Shown here: in pieces, positions 56,099 to 64,000 of the stretch
Layout of the letters: every line of letters starts with the position of its first letter
Position numbering within the stretch: position 1 is the stretch's first letter
NCBI GenBank assembly: GCA_016866775.1
Contig: VGLJ01000023.1
Coordinates: forward strand, 90 to 64,089
Length of the DNA stretch: 64,000 nt
Direction of reading: 5' to 3'
Origin: Candidatus Rokuibacteriota bacterium
GTDB lineage: Bacteria; Methylomirabilota; Methylomirabilia; Rokubacteriales; CSP1-6
Position numbers and translations under genes: made by a program
The notes under the pieces: model-generated
The model's input: only the letters and a program-made list of their open reading frames with translations
Databases searched by the model: none
What the model was told of the DNA's origin: nothing

Positions 56099-56619
56099 TC
56101 CGCGTCGCGGCCGCGCTCGGCGCCGGGCTGGCGTTCGCGGCCGAGCGCCCGAATCCGCCCGCCGTCGGTGAGGCCGCGCCCGACCTGCAGCTCCGCGATC
56201 AGAACGGGCGCAGCTTCGTGCTCCGCGACGTCCTGAAGGAGCGCGAGTTCGTCATCCTCGCCTTCTATCCGAAAGCGTTCACGAGCGGCTGAGGGACGGA
56301 ATTCTCCCGGTTCCGGGAGGACGCGGGCCGGTTCGCGGCGCTGAACGCGGAAGTCGTCGGCATCTCCGCCGACGGCCCGGACCGCAACCTCGCGTGGGCG
56401 AGGGAGCTGAAGCTTCCGTTCCGGCTGCTGAGCGACGTCGATCCGGCGGGCCAGGTGGGCAAGCGGTACGGGGTGTGGGACGACCTCTGGCGGGTCCAGC
56501 GGCGGACGACGTTCGTCGTCGATCGGCACGGCAAGGTGCGGTGGACGGACGCCGGGCGTGACTGCATCGACACGAGCCGGACGCTCGACGCCGTCGCGCG
56601 GCTTGCCCGCGAGAAATAG
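56095..56619 (+). CDS. Bcp/AhpC-TSA family peroxiredoxin, candidate selenoprotein (in-frame TGA at 56290-56292)
   Basis: The GTG start overlaps the upstream stop (GTGA). The frame reads VGEAAPDLQL...VILAFYPKAFTSG-TGA-GTEFSRFRED...VVGISADG...LPFRLLSDVD...YGVW. It stays open to the TAG at 56617. The TGA replaces the peroxidatic Cys of the PxxxTxxC motif. Confidence 0.75.
56302..56321 (+). promoter_or_regulatory. Candidate bacterial SECIS hairpin
   Basis: CUCCCG-GUUC-CGGGAG forms a 6-7 bp GC stem, extendable by U-A and U-G pairs. The core stem starts 12 nt after the UGA. The 4-nt apical loop contains G-U. Confidence 0.6.
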
Positions 56620-56661
56620 TTGACCGTCAAGGACGGTCAAGGCGCAAGGGAGACTCTCCCC

Positions 56662-57015
56662 ATGTTCGTCTACGGCACGCTGATGCGCGGACAACCCGCG
56701 CACGCGATGCTCGCCGGACACGCCACGTTCGTCGGTGAAGGCACCGTCCCCGGGACGCTGCTGGCGCTCGGGCGGTATCCGGGCGCGGTCGCCGGGCGCC
56801 GTCGCGTGCGCGGGGAGCTCTGGCTCCTCGCGAGGCCCGAAGTTCTTCGGACTCTCGACGAGTACGAGGGGTACAATTTCGAGCGGCGCGTGACGGTCGC
56901 GATGCTCGCGAGCGGGCGCCGCGTGCGCACGTGGATCTACCGATATCGCGGCCGTCGCGATGGACGCGCGACGGCCATTCCCGACGGTGACTGGAGGACA
57001 CATCGATGGCGCTGA
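56662..57015 (+). CDS. Gamma-glutamylcyclotransferase (AIG2/GGCT-like)
   Basis: AAGGGAG ribosome-binding site plus ATG. Has MFVYGTLMRG...G.L...YPG...V.GEL...LDEYEG. Confidence 0.75.
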   Translation: MFVYGTLMRGQPAHAMLAGHATFVGEGTVPGTLLALGRYPGAVAGRRRVRGELWLLARPEVLRTLDEYEGYNFERRVTVAMLASGRRVRTWIYRYRGRRDGRATAIPDGDWRTHRWR

Positions 57016-58388
57016 CGCCCGCCGAGCTCGTCAAGGCCGATCAGGAGCACCTGATCCATCCGCTGCACCATCCGATCGATCACTCCGAGCCGATCGTCTA
57101 CGTGCGCGGCCGCGGGGCGACGGTCACGGATGCGACGGGCAAGGACTATCTGGACGGGCTCGCGGGACTGTGGAACGTCAACGTGGGGCACGGACGCGCG
57201 GAGCTCGCGGAAGCCGCGGCGGCGCAGATCAAGGAGCTCGCGTACTTCTCCGCGTACACGGGCTCTTCGAACGTGCCCGCGATCACGCTCGCCAGCCGGC
57301 TCGTCGACCTCGCGTCGAACGTCTTCGCCGCGGTGTTCTTCACCTCCGGCGGCGCCGAGTCGAACGAGTCGGCGTTCAAGACCGCGCGGTTCTACTGGAA
57401 GGCGCAGGGCAAGCCCGACAAGACGAAGGTCATCGCGCGCGCCAACGCCTATCACGGCGTGACGCTGCAGGCGATGAGCGCGACGGGCATGGGCGCCTAC
57501 TGGAAGATGTTCGAGCCGCGCGTGCCCGGCTTCGTCCACATTCCCACGTGCTACCCGTACCGCCAGGTCGACCAGAAGCCGGGGGAGAGCGCGGGCCAGA
57601 CGGCCGCGCGCCTGCTCGAGGAAGCGATCCTGCGCGAGGGCGCGGACACCGTCGCCGCGTTCATCGCCGAACCGATCCACGGCGGCGGCGGCGTGCTCTA
57701 TCCCGACGAGGACTACTTCCGGCTCGTGAGAAAGGTGTGCGACACGCACCAGGTCCTGTTCATCGCCGACGAGGTCATCACCGGCTTCTGCCGCACCGGA
57801 CGGTGGTTCGCGATGTCCCACTGGAACGTGAAGCCGGACATCATGTCGTTCGCGAAGGGCGTGACCTCCGGCTATCTCCCGCTCGGCGGCATCATGGTCT
57901 CGAAGGCGATCAAGGACACGATGGACACGGTCAAGCCCGAAGATCGCTGGATGCACGCGTACACGTACTCCGGGCATCCGACGTGCTGCGCGGTCGCGCT
58001 GCGCAACCTCGACATCATGGAGAAGGAGCGGCTCTGGGAGAACGCCGCGAAGATGGGCGACCGTCTCCACGCCGGCCTCAAGCGCGCCTTCGGCAATCAT
58101 CCGAACGTGGGCGACATCCGTGGCGGCAAGGGGCTGCTGGCCGCCGTCGAGTTCGTCGAGGACAAGGCGACCAAGGCGAACTTCGGCGCCGACAAGAAGC
58201 TCGCGAACCGGCTGATGGCCGAGATGGCCAAGCGCGGCGTGATGACGCGCGTGCGCGCTGCCGCCGGCGCGCATCCGAACGTCGGCGACAGCTTGTTCTT
58301 CTCTCCGCCCCTCGTGGTGACCGAGGCCGAAGTGGATCGACTCGTGTCGGTCGCTCGTGAGTCGGCGAAAGCCGTCCTCGGCCAGTGA
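57006..58388 (+). CDS. Class III (omega) aminotransferase
   Basis: Has GLWNVNVGHGR, AAFIAEPIHGGGGV, FIADEVITGFCRTG and SFAKGVTSGYLPLG (PLP-lysine region). Confidence 0.85.
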   Translation: MALTPAELVKADQEHLIHPLHHPIDHSEPIVYVRGRGATVTDATGKDYLDGLAGLWNVNVGHGRAELAEAAAAQIKELAYFSAYTGSSNVPAITLASRLVDLASNVFAAVFFTSGGAESNESAFKTARFYWKAQGKPDKTKVIARANAYHGVTLQAMSATGMGAYWKMFEPRVPGFVHIPTCYPYRQVDQKPGESAGQTAARLLEEAILREGADTVAAFIAEPIHGGGGVLYPDEDYFRLVRKVCDTHQVLFIADEVITGFCRTGRWFAMSHWNVKPDIMSFAKGVTSGYLPLGGIMVSKAIKDTMDTVKPEDRWMHAYTYSGHPTCCAVALRNLDIMEKERLWENAAKMGDRLHAGLKRAFGNHPNVGDIRGGKGLLAAVEFVEDKATKANFGADKKLANRLMAEMAKRGVMTRVRAAAGAHPNVGDSLFFSPPLVVTEAEVDRLVSVARESAKAVLGQ

Positions 58389-58400
58389 GATCGGGGACAT

Positions 58401-58470
58401 GGGAGGGGAGCCCGGCTCCCCTCCCAAACCCTCCCCAGAGCCGAATCGAACCGCCAGCCGCTGATCGCCT
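58401..58470. repeat. GC-rich hairpin repeat, divergent family 2-like copy C
   Basis: Hairpin GGGAGGGGAGC-CCG-GCTCCCCTCCC, followed by AAACCCTCCCCAGAG. The architecture is the same as copies D and E, but the 3-prime part is divergent. Confidence 0.45.
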
Positions 58471-58476
58471 ACGCCG

Positions 58477-58674
58477 ATGAAGCTCATCACGGCGCATCGC
58501 ATCCTCATCGCCGCGGGCATCGCGTTCTTCCTGTTCTACGCGCTGCTCCAGGCGCGCATCTACGTCGTCCGCGACGGGGGCCTCGGCGCCATGCTCCAGG
58601 CCGGCGGTGCCGTCGCGGTCGCGGTCGGCCTGACGATCTACTACCGCTCGCTCCGGCACTGGGGCCGTCGCTGA
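58477..58674 (+). CDS. Small two-helix membrane protein, unknown function
   Basis: ATG start, 65 aa, two hydrophobic segments (ILIAAGIAFFLFYALL and AVAVAVGLTIYY). Confidence 0.4.
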   Translation: MKLITAHRILIAAGIAFFLFYALLQARIYVVRDGGLGAMLQAGGAVAVAVGLTIYYRSLRHWGRR

Positions 58675-58753
58675 ATCCCCGCGCGCCGGCCGGCGTCGTC
58701 CGCGACCTCACCGTCGCGCGCATGGAGATCAGGAAGCCCTAGACTTCCGAGTC

Positions 58754-59125
58754 GTGAGCCCGCCGGCGGTCCTCATCTACGACGCGGAGTGCCCGATGTG
58801 CCGGGCGAGCGCGCTGTGGCTCATGCGCCTCGCGCTCTCCGGTCGCCGTCTCGAGATCCTTCCGTGCCGTTCGCGGCTCCGCGCCGAGCGCCATCCGCAG
58901 ATCAGCGAGCAGGCCTGTCTCACCGCGATGCAGCTCGCGCTCCCCGATGGCCGCGTCCTGGCCGGCGCCGACGCGGTGCCGGTGCTGTTGCGCCGGATCC
59001 GCGGCCTCGGCTGGCTGGCGGTGGTCTTCGCGCTTCCGGGCATGCGGCCGCTCGCGCGCCGCGTCTACGGCTGGATCGCGCGGAATCGCATGCGGATCTC
59101 GTGCGCGATCTCGTCTCCGCGCTGA
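58754..59125 (+). CDS. Thiol-disulfide oxidoreductase, DCC family (DUF393)
   Basis: Has VLIYDAECPMCR (the family's N-terminal CxxC context) and VYGWIARNR. Confidence 0.7.
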   Translation: MSPPAVLIYDAECPMCRASALWLMRLALSGRRLEILPCRSRLRAERHPQISEQACLTAMQLALPDGRVLAGADAVPVLLRRIRGLGWLAVVFALPGMRPLARRVYGWIARNRMRISCAISSPR

Positions 59126-59146
59126 TCTCGGCTTCGGATTCCCGTG

Positions 59147-59395
59147 TCAGCGTTTTCCCGGCGCGAAGAACGGCGCGGTCGCCGCCGCGTGATCGGTGAT
59201 GTCGATGACCGCCATCACGCCGGGCAGATGCTTCCGGAGGATCGGCTCGATCCCTTGCCGGAGCGTGACCTCGGCCAGGCGGCAGCCCTGGCACCCGCCT
59301 TCGAGACGCAGCTCGACGCGGCCATCCGCACCACGCACGAGGGTCACGTGACCGCCGTGAGCCGACACGGCGGGATTGATCTCCGCGTCGATCAC
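59147..59395 (-). CDS. NifU/Nfu C-terminal-domain Fe-S scaffold-like protein
   Basis: Has VIDAEINPAVSAHGGHVTLV...LEGGCQGC...TLRQGIE..L. The GTG at 59395 is the first canonical start; the true start is uncertain. Confidence 0.55.
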   Translation of the reverse strand: MIDAEINPAVSAHGGHVTLVRGADGRVELRLEGGCQGCRLAEVTLRQGIEPILRKHLPGVMAVIDITDHAAATAPFFAPGKR

Positions 59396-59526
59396 GCGCT
59401 GGACATCCGAGGCAAAATCGTCGGCGTCACCGTCCGTTCGACGGCGGCGATGACCGCGGCGCGGATGCCGGTGTTCTCGGGAGAGGCGATCGTGTCGGGC
59501 GGGATCGTCCGCGCGGCCGCAGGCAC

Positions 59527-59724
59527 GCTCTCCAGCGCACGCGAAAGATCGGCAATGAGATCGATGGGACTCTCGAGGCCGATCGAGAGGCGGAGGAGAT
59601 CCGCCGGGATCGGCGAAGAGGCGCCTTCCGTCGTGCGGCGATGCTCGATGAGGCTCTCGACGCCGCCGAGCGAGGTGCCCCGCGTGAAGACCCGGACACC
59701 TGCCAGCACTGCGAGTGCGGCCGC
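59527..59724 (-). pseudogene. C-terminal remnant of a Cys/Met-metabolism PLP enzyme (cystathionine gamma-synthase/lyase-like)
   Basis: FTRGTSLGGVESLIEH...LLRLSIGLESPIDLIADLSRAL matches the conserved C-terminus of this family. The N-terminal roughly 300 aa are absent. Confidence 0.5.
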
Positions 59725-61105
59725 GCGCATCCCGCTCTCGCAACCGACCCTGTCCGAGCACATCCACGAGCTGGAGCGCGAGATGGGCGCGAAGCTCTTC
59801 GACCGCGCCGGCCGGCGCGTGACCCTCACCGACGCCGGCCGTGCCTTCGCGCCGCACGCGGCGCACATCGTCGCCTCCGTCGGCGATGCCCGGCAGGCGG
59901 TGTCCGAGCTCGACGGTCTCGCGCACGGCACGCTCCTCGTCGGAGCCAGTACCACGCCCGGCATCTACGTGCTGCCTCGTGTGGTCGCCGCCTTCCAGCG
60001 GCGGCATCCCGGCGTGACGCTCACGCTGACGATCGCCAACTCGCGCGTCATCGAGGAGCGCGTGCGCGCCGACGAGCTCGACATCGGCTGCGGCGCGGGC
60101 TCGTACGGCCGCCTCCTGCAGCGTAGCTTCGACGTCGTCGACGCGGTCGAGATCTTCGAGCCGTACGTCGCGGCGTACGGGCTGCCGTCGCTGTACCGGC
60201 GCGTCTTCGTGGCCGACGCGCTGACGTTCGAGTTCGACTACTACGACGTCGTCATCCTCGGCGACGTGCTCGAGCACCTGACCGAGGACGACGGCGTCCG
60301 GCTGATCGAGCGGATCTACGACCGGTGCGACGAGCTCGTCGTCGCCATCCCGTTCCTCTCCGAGCAGGCGGTGGAACACGGCAACCCGCACGAGGCCCAC
60401 CGGCAGGCCGCGATCACGCACGAGCGGTTCGTGACGCGCTACGAGGGCGTCATTCCGTACAGCCTGCGCTACGACTATGGCGTGTACGTCAAGGACGCGC
60501 TCTCGAACCGCGGCATCGTGCCGATCAACGACGCGTTCTATCTGGAGGAGGCGACCCGGCTCCTCCGTGGAGAGCGCAACGTCACGCTCGTCACCGCCGC
60601 GCTGACCGATGCGCAGGCCGACACCCTGGAGAGCGTCGTGCGCGCGCCGGCCAACCTCATCGTGTTCGCGCCGCCCGCGATCGGCGAGCGCATCCAGGCG
60701 GCGCGATCCGGGCGCGCGACGCAGATCGTGAGCTGGGACGAGGGACAGGCCGCCCGGGACTTCCCGTTCGCGGACCGCCTCACGCCGGCGCAGGATCCGT
60801 TCGCGCTGTCCACGATGTTCAGGCTCCACGACGCCGCGTGCCTCGACAGGTTCACATCGACGCACCTCTTCTGGGTCGATGCCGGGGCGCCACGGCCCGA
60901 GGACGTCGTCGCGTGGAGCGAGAAGGCGCCCGACGTGTTCGTGTGCGGTCCGTCGTTCTTCGGCGGTCCGAAGAGTGTGCTGCGGCGGGCCAGCGAGCTC
61001 TACTCCGGTCTGCTCCGCGCGGCGCTCGAGCGGGGATGGGACGGCGCGGCCATGACGCTGCTGGCCCGGACGTACCCGAGTCTGGTCCACACCGTCGTGG
61101 CATAG
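59720..61105 (+). pseudogene. Chimeric ORF: LysR-type regulator lacking its first ~25 codons, fused in frame to a SAM-methyltransferase-like and unknown C-terminal region
   Basis: The LysR part is LSQPTLSEHIHELEREMGAKLFDRAGRRVTLTDAG...GIYVLPRVVAAFQRRHPGVTLTLT...ADELDIG. It runs straight into a methyltransferase-like region, starting at motif I (CGAGSYG...VVILGDVLEHL). The junction is at about 60080-60090. There is no plausible start or HTH N-terminus. Confidence 0.5.
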
Positions 61106-61130
61106 TAGGGCGTCACGTCAGGAGGCGCGG

Positions 61131-62312
61131 ATGGATCTCAACTACTCCCCGGAAGAGACGGCGTTCCGCGACGAGGTGCGCGGATGGATCCGCGCGAACC
61201 TTCCCGACGCGCTCCGCGACAAGGTCCTCAACTACCGCGAGCTGAGCAAGGACGACCTGCTCTCCTGGCACCGGACGCTCGCGAAGAAGGGCTGGGTCGC
61301 GCCGTTCTGGCCGAAGGAGTGGGGCGGCACCGACTGGACGGTCGTGCAGCGCTACATCTTCGAGGAAGAATGCGAGGCGGCCGGCTGCCCGCCCGTGGTC
61401 GCGTTCGGCGTGCGCATGTGCGCGCCCGTCCTGCTGCGCTTCGGCACCGACGCGCAGAAGCAGCGGTTCCTCCCGCGCATCTACAACGGTGACGACTTCT
61501 GGGTCCAGGGCTACTCCGAGCCGGGCTCGGGCTCCGATCTCGCGTCGCTCAAGACGCGCGCCGTCCGTGAGGGCGACCACTACGTGGTCACCGGCCAGAA
61601 GATCTGGACGACGCTCGGCCACTACGGCGACTGGATCTTCTGTCTCGTCCGCACCAACGCCAACACCGAGAAGCGGCAGGACGGCATCTCGTTCCTGCTG
61701 ATCGACATGAAGACGCCCGGCATCACCGTGCGCCCGATCGTCCTCATGGACCAGGGCCACGAGGTGAACGAGGTGTTCTTCGACGAGGTGAAGGTTCCCG
61801 CCGAGCACCTCGTGCACGAGCAGGACAAGGGCTGGACGGTCGCGAAGTACCTGCTCGGCTACGAGCGCATGGGCACGGGGCGGATCGCCTTCTCCAAGCG
61901 CGAGCTCGCGCGCGTGAAGGACATGGCGGGCAAGGCGATGAAGAACGGCCGCCCGCTGCTCGACGATCCACGCTTCCGCGACCGGCTGAGCCGCGTGGAA
62001 GTCGAGCTGATGGCGCTCGAGATCACCAACATGCGCTTCCTCGATCAGCTGCGCGGCGGCCGCGCGCCCGGCGCGGAAGTCTCGCTCCTCAAGATCAAGG
62101 GCACGGAGATCCAGCAGGCGATCACCGAGCTCGCGATGCAGGCGGCCGGCCCGCTCGCCCAGGCGTTCCGTCCCGTGAACGGCGACGAGGGCTTCGACCG
62201 GCTCACCGCGTCGCTCTTCCCCCGCTACTGCAACCTGCGCAAGGCCACGATCTACGCCGGGTCGAACGAGATCCAGCGCAACATCATCGCCAAAGCCACG
62301 CTGGGGCTCTAG
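61131..62312 (+). CDS. Acyl-CoA dehydrogenase (catalytic-type subunit)
   Basis: AGGAGG ribosome-binding site plus ATG. Has YSEPGSGSDLASL and a C-terminal YAGSNEIQRNIIAK with the catalytic Glu context. Confidence 0.85.
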   Translation: MDLNYSPEETAFRDEVRGWIRANLPDALRDKVLNYRELSKDDLLSWHRTLAKKGWVAPFWPKEWGGTDWTVVQRYIFEEECEAAGCPPVVAFGVRMCAPVLLRFGTDAQKQRFLPRIYNGDDFWVQGYSEPGSGSDLASLKTRAVREGDHYVVTGQKIWTTLGHYGDWIFCLVRTNANTEKRQDGISFLLIDMKTPGITVRPIVLMDQGHEVNEVFFDEVKVPAEHLVHEQDKGWTVAKYLLGYERMGTGRIAFSKRELARVKDMAGKAMKNGRPLLDDPRFRDRLSRVEVELMALEITNMRFLDQLRGGRAPGAEVSLLKIKGTEIQQAITELAMQAAGPLAQAFRPVNGDEGFDRLTASLFPRYCNLRKATIYAGSNEIQRNIIAKATLGL

Positions 62313-62314
62313 CC

Positions 62315-63445
62315 ATGGACTTCGAATACAGCGACGAGCAACGCCTCCTGTCCGAGACGCTGCGCAAGTTCCTCAACACCGGCTACTCGTTCGACGCGCG
62401 CGACAAGATCATGAAGACGGCCGCCGGCTACAGCGACGACGTCTGGGCCGCGCTCGCCGAGATGGGGATCCTCGGCGTGCCGTTCGCCGCCGAGCACGGC
62501 GGCTTCGGCGGCACCACGGTCGACATGATGGTCGTGATGGAAGCGCTCGGGGAGGCCCTCGTCGTCGAGCCGTACCTCGCGACGGTCGGCCTCGGCGGGC
62601 AGCTCGTCGCGCGCGGCGGCAGCGAGGCGCAGCACACGCGCATCCTGCCGGCGCTCATCGCCGGCAAGCTCAAGATGGCGTTCGCGCAGACGGAGCGGGG
62701 ATCGCGCTACGACCTGCGGCAGGTCTCGCTCCGCGCGAAGAAGGCCGGCGACGGCTGGGCGCTCGACGGCGAGAAGTGCACGGTCCTGCACGGCGGCGCC
62801 GCGGATCTGCTCGTCGTCTCCGCACGGACGTCCGGCGGCGACAGCGACGAGCGGGGGATCAGCCTCGTCCTGGTCGAGCGCACTGCCCCCGGCGTGAAGG
62901 TCTCGGAGTACCGCACGCTCGACAACCAGCGCGTCGCGGACATCACGTTCACCAACGTCCAGGTCGGCCGCGACGCGCTGATCGGCGCCGAGGGCGCCGG
63001 GCACGCGCTGATCGAGGAGGTCGTCGACTACGCGACGGCGCTCGTCTCCGCCGAGGCCGTCGGCGCCATCAAGTACGCGCACGACGCCACGCTCGACTAC
63101 CTGAAGACCCGCCGCCAGTTCGGCGTGCCGATCGGCACCTTCCAGGCGCTCCAGCACCGCATGGTCGACATCCTCATCAGCTACGAGCAGGCGAAGTCGA
63201 TCGCGTGCCTGGCGTGCGTGAAAGTGGACACCGCCGCGGCGGCGGAGCGCCGGCGGGTCGTGTCGGCCGCGAAGATCAAGATCGCCGATGCCTGCCGGCA
63301 CGTGAGCCAGGAGGCCGTCCAGCTCCACGGCGGCATGGGCATGACCGAGGAGCTGAAGATCAGCCACACGTTCCGGCGGCTGACGACGATCGCCCAGCTG
63401 TTCGGCGACGCCGACCACCACCTGGAGCGCTTCGCGCAGAGCTAA
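62315..63445 (+). CDS. Acyl-CoA dehydrogenase family protein (lacks the usual C-terminal catalytic-Glu motif)
   Basis: Starts 3 nt after the previous stop. ACAD fold, but the C-terminus reads FGDADHHLERF instead of G-x-x-E-I/V. Confidence 0.8.
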   Translation: MDFEYSDEQRLLSETLRKFLNTGYSFDARDKIMKTAAGYSDDVWAALAEMGILGVPFAAEHGGFGGTTVDMMVVMEALGEALVVEPYLATVGLGGQLVARGGSEAQHTRILPALIAGKLKMAFAQTERGSRYDLRQVSLRAKKAGDGWALDGEKCTVLHGGAADLLVVSARTSGGDSDERGISLVLVERTAPGVKVSEYRTLDNQRVADITFTNVQVGRDALIGAEGAGHALIEEVVDYATALVSAEAVGAIKYAHDATLDYLKTRRQFGVPIGTFQALQHRMVDILISYEQAKSIACLACVKVDTAAAAERRRVVSAAKIKIADACRHVSQEAVQLHGGMGMTEELKISHTFRRLTTIAQLFGDADHHLERFAQS

Positions 63446-63497
63446 CGGGGCGACGCGGGCGAGGCCTGCCCGCCCGTCGCCTCGCGCAGCGTCTCGA

Positions 63498-63800
63498 TCA
63501 CGGCGGCGTAGGACGAGTCGCGGAGACACGGACGAACTCCGTCCGTTCTTCCGGCGTGCGAGCCGCCCAGTAGCGCCCCAGCGCGCGCTCCGCCATCGCC
63601 GGGACATCGAGCACCGCTTCGACGGCGTGGCGCATGGCGGCCCGCCGGTCCTGACGGCGGCTGCGGAGCAGGTCGAGGACCTGGCGCACGTGGGCTTTGA
63701 GCTCGTCGGTCGGATTCCGGGCTTCAGCGCGCCCGGCTGGTACGAGGAGGAGGACGGTAAGGGCGAGTCCCGCGACCACCGAGATCCGGCTCATCCGCAC
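63498..63800 (-). CDS. MlaC/Ttg2D-like lipid-binding protein, N-terminal part only (truncated, possibly frameshifted)
   Basis: Signal peptide MRMSRISVVAGLALTVLLLVPAGRAEA, then ...VLDVPAMAERALGRYWAARTPEERTEFV, typical of the MlaC N-terminal half. The frame ends early. Even an alternative frame stops at about 63442. Confidence 0.35.
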   Translation of the reverse strand: MRMSRISVVAGLALTVLLLVPAGRAEARNPTDELKAHVRQVLDLLRSRRQDRRAAMRHAVEAVLDVPAMAERALGRYWAARTPEERTEFVRVSATRPTPP

Positions 63801-63863
63801 CCCCCCCGAGGCCGCAGGGCCGGCGCCCTCAGTGCTGCAGTCAGGGAGCCAGCGGACGGGGAG

Positions 63864-64000
63864 TCAGGAGCGGCGGGTCTTCCGCGCGCCGCGACGGCGC
63901 CGGACCGTGACGCTGGAGCCGCGGACCCGCTTCGAGCACGTCGGGCAGAAATAGCGCAGCTCCACCTCGTGGCCGCAATCCCCGCTGACGACGCTCGTCT
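63864..64000 (-). CDS. Partial small zinc-ribbon protein (FmdB/CxxC_CxxC-like), cut by the window edge
   Basis: The minus-strand frame reads ...SGDCGHEVELRYFCPTCSKRV... followed by an Arg-rich tail and a TGA at 63864-63866. The N-terminus lies outside the window. Confidence 0.35.
   Translation of the reverse strand, partial: TSVVSGDCGHEVELRYFCPTCSKRVRGSSVTVRRRRGARKTRRS

Noticed and set aside
59144-59720. The 5-prime part of the 653-aa plus-strand ORF 59144-61105 as coding sequence.
   Set aside because: This part is antisense to the Nfu-like gene and to the PLP-enzyme remnant. It has no recognisable motifs. Only the region from about 59720 onward shows LysR and methyltransferase signatures.

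Overview
Very GC-rich, gene-dense bacterial chromosomal window. I saw no rRNA, tRNA, CRISPR array, integrase or prophage. Many neighbouring genes overlap by ATGA or GTGA, so much of it is organised in operons.

Content, left to right:
- A DEDDh exonuclease, a Uma2 endonuclease, a NodB-type deacetylase, an orphan Tat-signal binding protein and an AzgA-type purine permease.
- Two tandem paralogous Liv-type ABC uptake clusters, each with its own AMP-forming acyl-CoA ligase (6.2-20.0 kb).
- An exported truncated haemoglobin.
- An acyl-CoA dehydrogenase, SDR, P-loop protein, PfkB kinase, cyclophilin-like protein and transaldolase block.
- A decayed Type III restriction-modification locus next to a second Uma2 gene.
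- A minus-strand LLM oxidoreductase, acyl ligase and M28-PDZ peptidase operon, then YbaK-like and PIG-L-like genes.
- uvrA and pyk.
- A giant hybrid histidine kinase of about 6.9 kb with 11 tandem GAF domains.
- A second hybrid kinase, thiol-redox genes, a mosaic region of gene fragments, and a paired acyl-CoA dehydrogenase.

Main result: three thiol-oxidoreductase genes that the ORF track shows as truncated or split are continuous reading frames. Each is interrupted only by one TGA, exactly at the catalytic or CxxC cysteine position. Each TGA is followed 11-12 nt later by a stable hairpin.
- Glutaredoxin-like/DinB fusion, TGA at 47319.
- Two-domain glutaredoxin-like disulfide oxidoreductase, U-P-Y-C motif, TGA at 55871.
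- Bcp-type peroxiredoxin, TGA at 56290.

I read these as selenocysteine-recoded genes forming a selenium-dependent redox island. I cannot judge novelty without database searches.

Other observations:
- A 142-bp MITE-like element with perfect 42-bp terminal inverted repeats and a 6-bp target-site duplication.
- Two families of GC-rich hairpin repeats that are translated into the 3-prime ends of genes.
- Several apparent frameshifts; these need read-level checking because they could be assembly errors.
- Putative promoters placed so that three genes would be leaderless.

All homology calls come from motif recognition by eye. No searches or computations were run.
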